Notes: generated by a model not told the origin, from the letters alone. A DNA stretch of 64,000 nt from Chlorobiota bacterium (GCA_034670025.1 JAXMOE010000001.1:737995-801994); one strand, 5' to 3'; shown: positions 8,542 to 19,073, counted from the stretch's first letter. A program made the numbers and translations.

Positions 8542-11500
8542 TTACCAAGAACGATTCAAAATCGGTCCAAAAATAGTGATTTGATTTTTCTGTAACCACT
8601 CCATTCCATCTACTGCGGCCTTGGCTGCTGGGATAGTTGTAATACATAGTATCTTCTTCTGTAAAGCAGCTTCCCGAATCTGTAAATCATCTTGGTATGC
8701 TTTTCTACCAAGTGGTGTATTAATAATTAAATCAATATCTCCACTTTGAATTTTTTCAATAACATTTGGATTACCAGCACCAATTTTAGAAATAGGGTTT
8801 GCTTCTATTCCATTGACATTTAGAACTGAATAAGTTCCCAAAGTTGCCCAAATTTTGTACCCTAATTCAACTAACCTTCTTGCAACAGGAAGTAATTCTT
8901 GTTTATCGAAATCATTAACGGAAATAAATATATTTCCTTCAGTGGGTAAGTGATTGCCAGCAGCTATTTGTGATTTCACATACGCTTCACCAAAGAACTC
9001 ACTAATACCCATTACCTCACCAGTTGATCGCATTTCTGGACCTAATACAGTGTCAACTCCAGGGAATTTACTGAATGAGAATACTGGAGACTTTACTGTG
9101 TAATGACCCATAAACCCTGGGCTTGGCATATTTATATCTGCTATTTTTTCGCCAAGCATAAGCTTTACGGCAACTTTAGTTAAAGCAATACCGATTGATT
9201 TTGAAACAAAAGGAACTGTTCTCGAAGCTCTTGGATTCACTTCTATCACATAAACATTATCCCTGTAAACTGCGAACTGTATGTTAATAAACCCAACAAT
9301 CTCTAATTTCTCAATTATCTTATATGTTGCAAATCTAATTTTATCAACAATATGAGGCTCTACTAGGTAAGTAGGGAGAACTGACGAGCTATCGCCTGAG
9401 TGAATTCCTGCTTCTTCTATGTGTTGCATAATACCTGCAATTACACCTGACTTTCCATCACCTAACGCATCCACATCAACTTCAAATGCATGCTCTAAGA
9501 ATTTGTCTATTAACACAGGATGATTTTTATTTACTTTTGCTGCTTCTACTATAAAGTGTTGTAAATCTTTTTCATCATAAACTACTGCCATTCCACGTCC
9601 ACCTAATACATAGGACGGGCGTACAATAACTGGGAATCCAATATTGAGTGCGATTTTTGTAGCTTCTTCTATAGAGTTTGCAGTGCCACCAGCAGGGTAT
9701 TCTATCTGAAGTTCATCTAACATCTCCATAAATCGGCCTCTGTCCTCTGCCCTATCTATGTTTGATTGATTTGTACCTAAGATATTGATTCCTGCAGCTT
9801 CGAGTTGTTCTGATAATTTAAGTGGTGTTTGCCCCCCTAATTGCAGTATTACTCCTTCTGGTTTTTCTAATTCAATTATATTCATTACATCTTCGTAGAA
9901 AACTGGCTCAAAGTAGAGTTTGTCCGATGTATCATAATCTGTAGATACTGTTTCTGGATTACAGTTGATCATTATAGTTTCAATACCCATATCTTTCAGT
10001 ATCATTGCTGCTTGAGAAGCACAGTAATCAAACTCTATCCCCTGCCCAATTCTGAATGGGCCACCACCCAACACAATTATTTTCTTTTTATCGACTGGGT
10101 TGCTTTCATTTTCTTTCATATACGTTGAATAGAAATATGGGGTATGTGCTTCAAATTCCGCAGCACATGTATCAACTTTTTTATATGTAGGAAGGACTTT
10201 TAACTCTTTTCTTTTTTCTCTGATTACACTTTCTTTTACTTTAAATAACTCACTCAACTGTACATCAGAGAATCCAGATAATTTGTAATATTTTAAATCA
10301 CTTGCATCTGTATCAGCTAAACTTTTGGAAGTTATTTCTTTTTCAATTTCAACAATCTCTAATATGTTATCCAAAAACCATGGGTCTATATTAGTATGCT
10401 TATGAACTTCTTTCAGATTCATTCCTCTTTTGAATGCCTCTTTTACAAAGAATGGTCTCATGGGAGTCGGAACAACAAGTTTAGAAATCAGATATTTATC
10501 GTCGTACTTTTCTAAGTCCTTGTATTCTAATCCAGAAACACCAATTTCTAATGATCTGAATGCTTTTTGAAGAGCTTCTCTGAAATTAGAACCAATTGAC
10601 ATAACCTCACCAACTGACTTCATCTGAGTAGTAAGGTTCGAAGGTACTTTGAATTTCTCAAAATCCCAACGCGGAATTTTAACAATTATATAGTCTAATG
10701 CTGGTTCAAATGAAACTGGTGTAGTTTTAGTAATCTCATTGTCAATTTCATCTAATGTAAGTCCAACAGCAAGCTGAGCAGCAATTTTAGCAATTGGATA
10801 ACCAGTTGCTTTTGATACTAATGCTGAACTACGTGAAACCCTCGGGTTCATTTCTATTACTCTCACTTCCCCATTCGCTGGGTTAACACCAAATTGAATA
10901 TTAGAGCCACCAGTAGCAACACCAACTTTTCTAATAATATCGATTGAATAATCTCTAAGCGTTTGGTATTCATCATCTGTAAGTGTTTGAGCTGGGGCAA
11001 CAGTTATACTATCACCAGTGTGAACACCCATTGGATCAAAGTTTTCTACTGATGCTACGATTACAACATTATCAGCAATATCGCGCATTACTTCAAATTC
11101 ATACTCCTTCCAACCAAGAAGTGAACGTTCTACTAATATTTCGCTAATTGGAGACAAATCAAGTCCTTGCCTAGCAATTCGTTTAAACTCATCCATGCTT
11201 TCAGCAACACCACCACCTGTACCACCTAAGGTAAATGATGGTCTTATAATTATGGGGAAGTCCAACTCTTCAGCAAATGCAACAGCAGACTCGAAGTCAT
11301 TAATAATTTTCCCTTCAGGCGAAAGTAAACCAATTTCATCCATTGCCTGTTTGAATTCTCTTCTTCCCTCCGCAATGTTAATTGATTTTATATTTACACC
11401 TAACAACTCAATATTATATTTTGCTAATATTCCTTCTTTTTCTAAGTCTAAAGCTGCGTTGAGTGCAGTTTGACCACCAACTGTTGGTAAAATAGCGTCT

Positions 11501-11748
11501 ATCTTATCTCTTTGTATAATCTGTTCAATTATGTCAGAAGTAATCGGCTCTATGTAAGTTTTATTTGAAATTTCAGGGTCAGTCATTACTGTTGCTGGAT
11601 TACTATTTATAACAACTACGTAATAGCCCAGTTTTTTTAATGCTTTTACAGCTTGCGAGCCAGAGTAATCGAACTCACCTGCTTGACCTATAACTATTGG
11701 ACCTGAACCGATAACTAATATTCGTTTTATATCATTCCTTATTGGCAT
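8542..11748 (-). CDS. carB: Carbamoyl-phosphate synthase large subunit
   Basis: 1068 aa with duplicated ATP-grasp halves ([24 protein letters not shown] and [20 protein letters not shown]) and a C-terminal MGS-like domain. Confidence 0.97.
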   Translation of the reverse strand: MPIRNDIKRILVIGSGPIVIGQAGEFDYSGSQAVKALKKLGYYVVVINSNPATVMTDPEISNKTYIEPITSDIIEQIIQRDKIDAILPTVGGQTALNAALDLEKEGILAKYNIELLGVNIKSINIAEGRREFKQAMDEIGLLSPEGKIINDFESAVAFAEELDFPIIIRPSFTLGGTGGGVAESMDEFKRIARQGLDLSPISEILVERSLLGWKEYEFEVMRDIADNVVIVASVENFDPMGVHTGDSITVAPAQTLTDDEYQTLRDYSIDIIRKVGVATGGSNIQFGVNPANGEVRVIEMNPRVSRSSALVSKATGYPIAKIAAQLAVGLTLDEIDNEITKTTPVSFEPALDYIIVKIPRWDFEKFKVPSNLTTQMKSVGEVMSIGSNFREALQKAFRSLEIGVSGLEYKDLEKYDDKYLISKLVVPTPMRPFFVKEAFKRGMNLKEVHKHTNIDPWFLDNILEIVEIEKEITSKSLADTDASDLKYYKLSGFSDVQLSELFKVKESVIREKRKELKVLPTYKKVDTCAAEFEAHTPYFYSTYMKENESNPVDKKKIIVLGGGPFRIGQGIEFDYCASQAAMILKDMGIETIMINCNPETVSTDYDTSDKLYFEPVFYEDVMNIIELEKPEGVILQLGGQTPLKLSEQLEAAGINILGTNQSNIDRAEDRGRFMEMLDELQIEYPAGGTANSIEEATKIALNIGFPVIVRPSYVLGGRGMAVVYDEKDLQHFIVEAAKVNKNHPVLIDKFLEHAFEVDVDALGDGKSGVIAGIMQHIEEAGIHSGDSSSVLPTYLVEPHIVDKIRFATYKIIEKLEIVGFINIQFAVYRDNVYVIEVNPRASRTVPFVSKSIGIALTKVAVKLMLGEKIADINMPSPGFMGHYTVKSPVFSFSKFPGVDTVLGPEMRSTGEVMGISEFFGEAYVKSQIAAGNHLPTEGNIFISVNDFDKQELLPVARRLVELGYKIWATLGTYSVLNVNGIEANPISKIGAGNPNVIEKIQSGDIDLIINTPLGRKAYQDDLQIREAALQKKILCITTIPAAKAAVDGMEWLQKNQITIFGPILNRSW

Positions 11749-11749
11749 A

Positions 11750-12853
11750 TTATTTTCCGTTTGCTACTGTGTTATAAAAATCTTCAAATACTTTCTTGTT
11801 TGCTTCTCTTGGGCCTGGTGAAGCTTCAGGGTGAAATTGAATACAGTTGATTGGTAAGTGCTTATGTCTCATACCTTCAACAGTATTATCGTATAAGTTT
11901 AGCCACGTCATTTCCCAGTCATCATTCTTATCTAAGCTTTCTCTCGAAATTGCATAATTGTGGTTTTGAGCAGTGATATAAACCTTCTCATTATCCATAT
12001 ATTTGCATGGATGATTACCACCGTGGTGACCAAATGGTAGTTTTATAGTCTTTAGTCCAAATGCTTGACCTATCAACTGATGACCAAAACATATAGCAAT
12101 AATTGGCTTCTTTTGCTCAGCAAATTGCATTATGTATTTATCAATACCTTTAACTATTCTGGGGTCGCCTGGTCCATTAGACAAGAAAACTCCATCGTAT
12201 TCTAAATCTTTGATGTTTTCTTCAAAATTATCATCAAACGGCACAAGATAAATTTTATTAAACTTTGATTGTAAGTCTTTTATTATATTACTTTTTATCC
12301 CGAAGTCAATAGCGATTATTGTTTCGGTGACTTCTTGATTTCCATCATAAACTTTGACTTTGTCATCTATAACTTGCTTATATAAGTCAACATCAGAAAT
12401 TGATGGTGATTCTTTTACTTTTTTAAGAAACTCTTCCGGGTCTAATATCTCTGTTGTGATACCACCTTTCAGCGCTCCATAATCTCTAATAACTCTTGTG
12501 AAAGCTCTTGTGTCAATTCTATCCACACCAAATGTATCAGCTTCTTCAAGATATTCAGATAGTGGTTTTTGTGACCTAAAGTTACTTGCACTTCTGGAAT
12601 ATTCTCTTAATAGTATTCCCTCTGCTTGAATTTTTTCAGATTGGTAATCTTCTAATGTAACACCATAGTTCCCAATCAAAGGGTATGTAAATAATACAGT
12701 TTGTCCTTTGTATGAAGGATCAGTTAGTATCTCTTCATATCCAGTCATAGAAGTATTGAATACAAACTCAGAGTAGCGTGTCCCCTCATTTGCAAAAGCA
12801 CTACCAAATTCGTAGTAACCGTTTTCTAACATTATCAGAGCTTTTTTTCTCAT
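11750..12853 (-). CDS. carA: Carbamoyl-phosphate synthase small (glutamine amidotransferase) subunit
   Basis: CPSase small-chain N-domain ([14 protein letters not shown]). GATase triad context ICFGHQL and [10 protein letters not shown]. Stop lies 1 nt before the carB start. Confidence 0.95.
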   Translation of the reverse strand: MRKKALIMLENGYYEFGSAFANEGTRYSEFVFNTSMTGYEEILTDPSYKGQTVLFTYPLIGNYGVTLEDYQSEKIQAEGILLREYSRSASNFRSQKPLSEYLEEADTFGVDRIDTRAFTRVIRDYGALKGGITTEILDPEEFLKKVKESPSISDVDLYKQVIDDKVKVYDGNQEVTETIIAIDFGIKSNIIKDLQSKFNKIYLVPFDDNFEENIKDLEYDGVFLSNGPGDPRIVKGIDKYIMQFAEQKKPIIAICFGHQLIGQAFGLKTIKLPFGHHGGNHPCKYMDNEKVYITAQNHNYAISRESLDKNDDWEMTWLNLYDNTVEGMRHKHLPINCIQFHPEASPGPREANKKVFEDFYNTVANGK

Positions 12854-12873
12854 AGTTCTTCTTTTTTATTTTC

Positions 12874-12921
12874 AAAAAAAAACCCAAAAGTTATCCAATT
12901 TACTATGGACATCTTTTGGGT
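12874..12921 (-). promoter_or_regulatory. Terminator-like hairpin plus U-run in the carA 5' leader (candidate attenuator)
   Basis: The minus strand reads ACCCAAAAG-AU-GUCCA-UAGUAAAU-UGGAU-AA-CUUUUGGGU followed by UUUUUUUU, ending about 20 nt before the carA ATG. No upstream minus-strand gene needs terminating here. Confidence 0.5.
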
Positions 12922-12956
12922 GTTTGGGAATATGTTTTTAGTTCATTCACTAAAAT

Positions 12957-12986
12957 CAAAGTTAGGAATTTTAATTGTAAAGTCAA
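12957..12986 (-). promoter_or_regulatory. Bacteroidota-type promoter candidate for carAB (TTG-N19-TAACTTTG)
   Basis: On the minus strand, TTGAC (plus 12984-12986 for TTG), a 19-nt spacer and TAACTTTG (plus 12957-12964). It lies upstream of the leader hairpin. Confidence 0.35.
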
Positions 12987-13039
12987 TAGACTTTTTTTGA
13001 ACATTCAATTTTATTTAGTAATTTAATTCAATTATATAA

Positions 13040-14308
13040 TTGCAATACAGAACTTTAACTATGATATATTCTATACAATTATTCTTTTTATTTTTTACTT
13101 CCATTGTGATTGGTAAATCATGGGAAATTTACAATATTGAAAATTCTGATATACCAACAAACGATCTATCGAATATTACTATAGACTCTTCTGATAATCT
13201 CTGGTTTTATACTAATAATTCTGTTTTTATGTATAATCAGACAGAAAATATCTGGACTGAATACAATGAGCATAATTCTAATCTCACAAGTGACTTTAGA
13301 CATATAGAAATTGGTTTTGATGGCTCAGTAAATATCGCTTCTGATGGAATTTACAAATATAATAGTTATAATAACGAGTTTGAAATAAAAGAAAAGAATA
13401 TTAGTAGTTCAAAATTTACTTACGATAGAAATGGAATACTTTATTATCTCAGAAATGGACTTATTTACAAAAAGGATGGAGAAAATATTAATAATGTTTA
13501 TGACGGTACTATTGGTGGCCCGAATTATCCAACTGATTTAGTTATAGACGTTAATAATATTTTGTGGTTCTCCGTAGATGGATTTACACGTGCATTATAT
13601 AGTTATGATGGATTTAGTTTAGATACGCTTGATAGTATTTTTAAAGCGAATCCTCGCATTGGAATTATCTCGATTTCATTAGATAATAAAAGTAATTTAT
13701 GGCTTGGTAATGGCTCAGATTGTGTTATTTTAAATTACAGTATTGATAATCAGGATTGGAAATATTTTGGCAACTCTAATTCTCCTCTAGGTGAAAAAGG
13801 GATGTTCTCAAAAGATTCAAAAATTGACAAGAACAACAATCTTTGGGTTATTTCTTCAATAAGTAATGCCATTGCTCCAATCAATTTGTATAAATATGAT
13901 GGATTAAATTGGTCAGAATTTAGTATTGATGAAGGACTGGATATCAAAAAAAATGAATTATTTACAATGTATGCTGTAGAAATAGATTCTAAAGGAAACG
14001 TATGGATTCCGACTGATAATGGTTTAGTTAAGTTCAACGAAAACACTACCTCAGTAACAACCTCTATTTTAGACAAAATAAAAATATACCCAAACCCTGC
14101 CAAAACTAACCTCAATTTTGATTTGGGTGGTGAAATAGTAAAATCAATTACTATCACAGATTTGAATGGTAAAGAAGTTATCACATACAACTCTGAACTA
14201 AGCAATCTAAATAGTATAGATATTAGTACATTAATTACAGGGCAGTATTTCATTTCATTTGAACTAACCGACAAATCTGTAATCAACAAAAAGTTTGTGA
14301 AGGAGTAA
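13040..14308 (+). CDS. Secreted Reg_prop-like (two-component-regulator propeller) beta-propeller protein with T9SS C-terminal sorting domain
   Basis: Signal-like N-terminus. Starts are TTG at 13040, giving MQYRTLTMIYSIQLFFLFFTSIVIG, or ATG at 13061. Repeated NLWF/NVWI propeller strands. CTD KIYPNPAKTNLNFDL...ITITDLNGKEV...GQYFISF. Confidence 0.7.
   Translation: MQYRTLTMIYSIQLFFLFFTSIVIGKSWEIYNIENSDIPTNDLSNITIDSSDNLWFYTNNSVFMYNQTENIWTEYNEHNSNLTSDFRHIEIGFDGSVNIASDGIYKYNSYNNEFEIKEKNISSSKFTYDRNGILYYLRNGLIYKKDGENINNVYDGTIGGPNYPTDLVIDVNNILWFSVDGFTRALYSYDGFSLDTLDSIFKANPRIGIISISLDNKSNLWLGNGSDCVILNYSIDNQDWKYFGNSNSPLGEKGMFSKDSKIDKNNNLWVISSISNAIAPINLYKYDGLNWSEFSIDEGLDIKKNELFTMYAVEIDSKGNVWIPTDNGLVKFNENTTSVTTSILDKIKIYPNPAKTNLNFDLGGEIVKSITITDLNGKEVITYNSELSNLNSIDISTLITGQYFISFELTDKSVINKKFVKE
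14050..14308 (+). repeat. Direct repeat copy 1 (T9SS CTD-coding segment shared with 15298..15557)
   Basis: By hand alignment, about 93% nucleotide identity over ~240 nt with copy 2, including identical runs longer than 50 nt. Confidence 0.85.
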
Positions 14309-14345
14309 TAATATGAAACGTTCTTAATATCTAATTCTACTTTTT

Positions 14346-15557
14346 TTGTTTATGTTTCACGTTGGTTATGCTCAAAACTGGGAAGTATTTACTCCAGAAA
14401 ACTCTGTTCTTGAATCTAATTTAATTTCAGAAATACTGGTAGATGAGAATAACGTAGTTTGGATAGCTACAGGTACTGGTTTAGCAAAGTTTGAAAATAA
14501 TCAATTGACACTTCTTAATAATTCAAATTCAATTTTGCCAAAACAAAATGTAACAGATTTATTTATTGACAATAATAATTTACTTTGGGTCTTATTTGAA
14601 GATAAGATATACAGAGGAATAAATAGCGGTTTTGAGCTTTATAGAAATGATTTTGGTGGAAGTGAAATAGCAGTTGATAATAATGGTGTTATTTACATAG
14701 GAAATTACAAGTATCTTATTCAATTATCAGAAAATAATAGATTAGATACAATTTACCATTCTGTTGATTTTGATAACAGACCCATTAAGAGTATCATTAA
14801 TGATAAAAAAAATACTTTATGGTTTACTAAAGCAAACAACTATGCCGAGTTTTGGATTTACTCTGATGACAAAGTTATTAAATCTGACTCAATGGACATT
14901 AATGTTCAAATAAGTGATTTCAATGAATTCAAGTTAGACAAATTAGGAAACATTTGGATTTGTGGGCTTCAAGGAACCTTAGTAAAGTATGAGATAGACA
15001 CTGATAAATGGTACGATATGAATGAAGAGTATTCATTAGATTTTAGCAATTTTATTAGAGTCAATGCCCTTAATTTTGATATTAATAACAATATTCATTT
15101 TGTTACAACTACTAACATTAAATCCCCGTCAAAACTCTACTCTTATAATGGCAATGAGTTTGAAGTTGCAACATTTGATTCAATTTATCCTGAAGAATTG
15201 CCTTTTAGAGGTCAAAGTAGTATGGCAATAGATTATGAAAACAATATTTACATTGCTGCAGTTAGTGTTGGTCTTTTCAAACTAAATGCAAGCACAACCT
15301 CAGTAATTTCAACTACTTCAGACAAAATAAAAATATACCCAAATCCTACAAAAAGCCAACTCAATTTTGATTTGAGTGGCGAGATAGTAAAATCAATTAC
15401 TATCACAGATTTGAATGGTAAAGAAGTTATCACATATAACTCTGAACTAAGCAATCTAAATAGTATAGATATTAGTGCATTAATTACGGGGCAGTATTTC
15501 ATATCATTTGAACTAACCGACCAATCGGTTATCAACAAAAAGTTTGTGAAGGAGTAA
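14346..15557 (+). CDS. Reg_prop-like beta-propeller T9SS cargo paralog; ancestral start/signal peptide apparently disrupted by an in-frame TAA (possible pseudogene)
   Basis: Same architecture and near-identical CTD as 13040..14308. Upstream in frame: ATG(14313) AAA CGT TCT TAA(14325) TAT CTA ATT CTA CTT TTT TTG(14346), i.e. MKRS*YLILLFLFMFHVGYAQ. Confidence 0.6.
   Translation: MFMFHVGYAQNWEVFTPENSVLESNLISEILVDENNVVWIATGTGLAKFENNQLTLLNNSNSILPKQNVTDLFIDNNNLLWVLFEDKIYRGINSGFELYRNDFGGSEIAVDNNGVIYIGNYKYLIQLSENNRLDTIYHSVDFDNRPIKSIINDKKNTLWFTKANNYAEFWIYSDDKVIKSDSMDINVQISDFNEFKLDKLGNIWICGLQGTLVKYEIDTDKWYDMNEEYSLDFSNFIRVNALNFDINNNIHFVTTTNIKSPSKLYSYNGNEFEVATFDSIYPEELPFRGQSSMAIDYENNIYIAAVSVGLFKLNASTTSVISTTSDKIKIYPNPTKSQLNFDLSGEIVKSITITDLNGKEVITYNSELSNLNSIDISALITGQYFISFELTDQSVINKKFVKE
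15298..15557 (+). repeat. Direct repeat copy 2 (T9SS CTD-coding segment)
   Basis: See copy 1 at 14050..14308. Confidence 0.85.
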
Positions 15558-15667
15558 AACCTCACAAATATCACACCTTATAATTTTCAACTAATCATAG
15601 ATTTGGTCTATTGCTTTGTTATTTTAGTGCTTAACTTAACTACAAAATATCAAAATAGATACAGAAT

Positions 15668-16699
15668 ATGAATATAGCAGTTTTAATGGGTGGTGTTTCT
15701 CCTGAAAGAAACATATCACTCTTCGGCGGCAAAGCAATCTACAACGCTTTATCAGACAAAGGACATAATGTTATAGCTGTTGACCCAGCCTTGGGTACTG
15801 ATAGCAAGATTAACATAAATGAAATAGACATCAACACTACTCCAATTTCAAGAGAAGAGCTTAAAGAATACGATAAGCGTTCTATATTGAATTGTATCAA
15901 TTCTAATATATTTGATAATATTGATTGTGTATTCATAATCTTGCACGGTGAGAATGGAGAAGATGGATTAGTTCAATCACTATTAGAGTTGCGAGGAATA
16001 CCTTATACTGGTTCTGGTGTAAAATCATCATCTTTATCAATGGATAAGATTACAACCAAAATGCTATTCAATTACTCTAATATCCCCACTCCCCCATGGT
16101 CTGTAGTTGATATTCACTCAGCCGATGATTTTGATTTACTCGAATCAATCAGAAACGAAATTGGTCGAAACATAGTTGTAAAGCCAAACAATCAAGGGTC
16201 TGCTGTAGGAATCAACATAATAGAAGGTGGTAACTTAGATGATTTGAGTTCAGCTATTAAAGAAGCATCAAAGTATTCTACAGATGTGCTATTAGAAACC
16301 TATATACCTGGCAAAGAGATAACTGTTGGTATTTTAGACAACGAGCCACTACCCCCTATCGAGATTGTTCCAAATGAAGGTTATTATGATTTTGAACACA
16401 AATATACCAAAGGCAAAACAAGCTATATTTGCCCTGCAGAATTAGAAGATCATATTGCAGGATTTGCTCAAAGTATCTCATTAGATGCTTCAATGGTATG
16501 CGGCACAAGCGATTTTAGTAGAGTTGATTTGAGAGTAACTAAGGAAGGGCAGATATTTTGCTTAGAGGTAAACACAATACCTGGCTTCACTGAGACATCG
16601 CTATTCCCTATGGCTGCAAAGGCAGCTGGAATTGATTTTGGAGATTTGTGTGAGAAACTTGTAAATTTGGGAATTGAAAGCTATAAAAATGGAAAATAG
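15668..16699 (+). CDS. ddl: D-alanine--D-alanine ligase
   Basis: MNIAVLMGGVSPERNISLFGG start, HGENGEDGLVQSLLELRGIPYTGSG, ATP-grasp body and C-terminal LEVNTIPGFTETSLFP. Confidence 0.93.
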   Translation: MNIAVLMGGVSPERNISLFGGKAIYNALSDKGHNVIAVDPALGTDSKININEIDINTTPISREELKEYDKRSILNCINSNIFDNIDCVFIILHGENGEDGLVQSLLELRGIPYTGSGVKSSSLSMDKITTKMLFNYSNIPTPPWSVVDIHSADDFDLLESIRNEIGRNIVVKPNNQGSAVGINIIEGGNLDDLSSAIKEASKYSTDVLLETYIPGKEITVGILDNEPLPPIEIVPNEGYYDFEHKYTKGKTSYICPAELEDHIAGFAQSISLDASMVCGTSDFSRVDLRVTKEGQIFCLEVNTIPGFTETSLFPMAAKAAGIDFGDLCEKLVNLGIESYKNGK

Positions 16700-16703
16700 A
16701 ACA

Positions 16704-17702
16704 ATGATAAATAAAGATATAAAATTATGTGGTTTAGGTAATGCAATAGTTGATTTTCAATTCGAAGTATCGGATGAAGAAATTCAGGAATTATCATTAG
16801 AAAAAGGAACAATGACGTTAGTTGTTGATGAAGCACAAGAGAAAATACTCCAAAGAATGGGCAATAGAACTCAGTACAAATCGAGCGGTGGTTCGGCTGC
16901 TAATACTGTGATTGCTTTCTCAAGCTTTGGTGGCAAATCTGCTTACAAATCGATGATTGGTGAGGACGAAGATGGGAATTTCTATGCAAATGAATTCAAT
17001 GAGTTAGGGATTATATTTGACTCTAAGATAGACACAGATGACTACACAGGCAGATGTCTAGTCCTTATCTCTCCAGATTCGGAAAGGACAATGCTAACAT
17101 CACTCGGTGCTACCCAAAATTATAATAAAGATTTTATTTCAGATAAGATTATAAAAAGATCTGAGTGGTTATACATTGAAGGATATAAATTAACGGAAGA
17201 CACTGGTTACGAAGCGGCTTTGTTAGCTTGTAATGTTGCGAAAAAATATGACACGAAAATAGCACTAACTATTTCTGACAAATTTATAATTGATTTGTTT
17301 CGCGAACGTTTAGAGAAAATTGCTGAGTATGCAGATTTAATTTTCTGCAATGAAGTAGAAGGAATGTTGTTCACAGAAGCTGTTGATTCTGCAGATGCAA
17401 TAGATAAGCTTTCAAACAAATACAAGAATATTGCATTTACAAAAGGTGCTGAGGGTTCTCATATAATTTGGGATGGTAATTTTTACGAAGTACCAGCCTA
17501 CAATGCAACCCCAGTGGACAGTACTGGTGCTGGTGATATGTATGCTGGTGGTTTTTTCTACGGTCTTATATATGGTGAGTCAATAGAAAGAGCTGGGAAT
17601 TTGGGTTCATTAGCTGCCAGCAGAGTAGTTAGTCAACACGGCGCAAGACTAAAAGAAAGTCATACTGACTTGGCAAAAGAAATATTTTCGAAATTCAAAT
17701 AG
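16704..17702 (+). CDS. PfkB-family carbohydrate/adenosine kinase
   Basis: CGLGNAIVDFQ N-terminal motif, SGGSAANT, and the C-terminal DSTGAGDMYAGGF PfkB signature. The ORF is open from 16674. Alternative ATGs lie at 16674 and 16689, and 16704 sits 4 nt after the ddl stop. Confidence 0.8.
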   Translation: MINKDIKLCGLGNAIVDFQFEVSDEEIQELSLEKGTMTLVVDEAQEKILQRMGNRTQYKSSGGSAANTVIAFSSFGGKSAYKSMIGEDEDGNFYANEFNELGIIFDSKIDTDDYTGRCLVLISPDSERTMLTSLGATQNYNKDFISDKIIKRSEWLYIEGYKLTEDTGYEAALLACNVAKKYDTKIALTISDKFIIDLFRERLEKIAEYADLIFCNEVEGMLFTEAVDSADAIDKLSNKYKNIAFTKGAEGSHIIWDGNFYEVPAYNATPVDSTGAGDMYAGGFFYGLIYGESIERAGNLGSLAASRVVSQHGARLKESHTDLAKEIFSKFK

Positions 17703-17713
17703 TTAAATATAAC

Positions 17714-19027
17714 ATGAAATTTATAATCTCAATTTTCTTATTCATTACTCCTTTTGTAGCATTTTCTAAAGGAATGACATTCGATGAATTTGCTCCAAAA
17801 ATACAAAAATATTTTGATAATAAGTTAATTCAAGACATTCAAAAATCACTACCTACTGACAGCAAATATCAGATTTGGGGTTGGGATGTAGGTGATTTTA
17901 CAGGTGATGGGTACTATGATGTTGCATTTTCAGTTCGAGTAGCTGCTGATAAAGGAAAGAAGATAAGAACCTATATGTTTGCGGATATTGAAGGATACTT
18001 AGTAGAAGTTGCTACCTTTAGGTATGACTTTTTTGAAATTCCTTTGGAGATAGGTATTGTGATAAGAGATAATGTTTGTTTTATTACTCAAAAGCATAAG
18101 CAATACAAATGGACAATATGGGGTTATACTTTTAATAATGGCAATTTGATTAAAGTCGATGAGTTCAATACAGAAAGAGACGGTAAGTTTACTAAAGAGA
18201 CTTATGAAAACTATATGAGTCTGAAGAATCAAGAAAAGTATTTAATTACGAGTAATGGTAACATTGAATACGAACTTAATTTTGTTACTCTCCCCTCTTA
18301 CCCAAGAGGTAAAATCATTTATGAGGGTTACACTAATGAAATTCATAGCGATAAAGTAAAATATGTTAAAAAAGGAGCATTCGATTGGGAAGGTGCAGAA
18401 GACGCCTCATTCAAAATTAGTTCATCTTATGATAGTGATTTCCTCTATTTAGATATAAATATAGTAGATGACAAAATAATTTATCCTGATTGTGAAGATT
18501 GTATTGGAGATTATGTTGATTTGTGGCTGGAAAACAAACCGTTAGATCAAGATAAGCTTTATAAGTTGAAAGATAGAAAGTTGAACAACTTTGACTCAAA
18601 GGAATCTAACTACTTCAACATTTCTATTCAACCGGGAAATTTTTTAGATGTTAAACCAAGTGTTCAATTAAGGACATTAGACAAAGAAAATAGCGAAATA
18701 AAAGAAGCGAGTCAGAATATTAGCTCATATTCTAATTTAACTGACAATGGATATAACATAAAATGTAAGCTACCTTTATCACTAATTGGGCTTAACAGCA
18801 TTAACGAGAATGAATTTTATGAAGTTCCTTGCTCCGTAGTACTACATGATGTAGATAATATATTTAGACCAAATGAGAAATCAGAAGTATCTTCTTCTGA
18901 TAATCTATTACAAGAGCCAACAACTTATGGAACATTGCTATTAGTTCCACCTAATAAGTGGTACGGCTATGTTGAAAATATATATAGTAGTAAGTTATTA
19001 TACCATCTTGAAAAATATGGTTTATAA
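17714..19027 (+). CDS. Secreted hypothetical protein (FG-GAP/VCBS-like N-terminal strand, CBM9/DOMON-like central region)
   Basis: Signal peptide MKFIISIFLFITPFVAFS. WGWDVGDFTGDGYYDVAF resembles FG-GAP. DASFKISSSYDSDFLYLDINIVDDKII...DYVDLWL resembles CBM9-like sugar-binding folds. Assignment is weak. Confidence 0.4.
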   Translation: MKFIISIFLFITPFVAFSKGMTFDEFAPKIQKYFDNKLIQDIQKSLPTDSKYQIWGWDVGDFTGDGYYDVAFSVRVAADKGKKIRTYMFADIEGYLVEVATFRYDFFEIPLEIGIVIRDNVCFITQKHKQYKWTIWGYTFNNGNLIKVDEFNTERDGKFTKETYENYMSLKNQEKYLITSNGNIEYELNFVTLPSYPRGKIIYEGYTNEIHSDKVKYVKKGAFDWEGAEDASFKISSSYDSDFLYLDINIVDDKIIYPDCEDCIGDYVDLWLENKPLDQDKLYKLKDRKLNNFDSKESNYFNISIQPGNFLDVKPSVQLRTLDKENSEIKEASQNISSYSNLTDNGYNIKCKLPLSLIGLNSINENEFYEVPCSVVLHDVDNIFRPNEKSEVSSSDNLLQEPTTYGTLLLVPPNKWYGYVENIYSSKLLYHLEKYGL

Positions 19028-19073
19028 ATACATATCTAACATCTAAATGTTTATAATTAAATAGTATAATATT

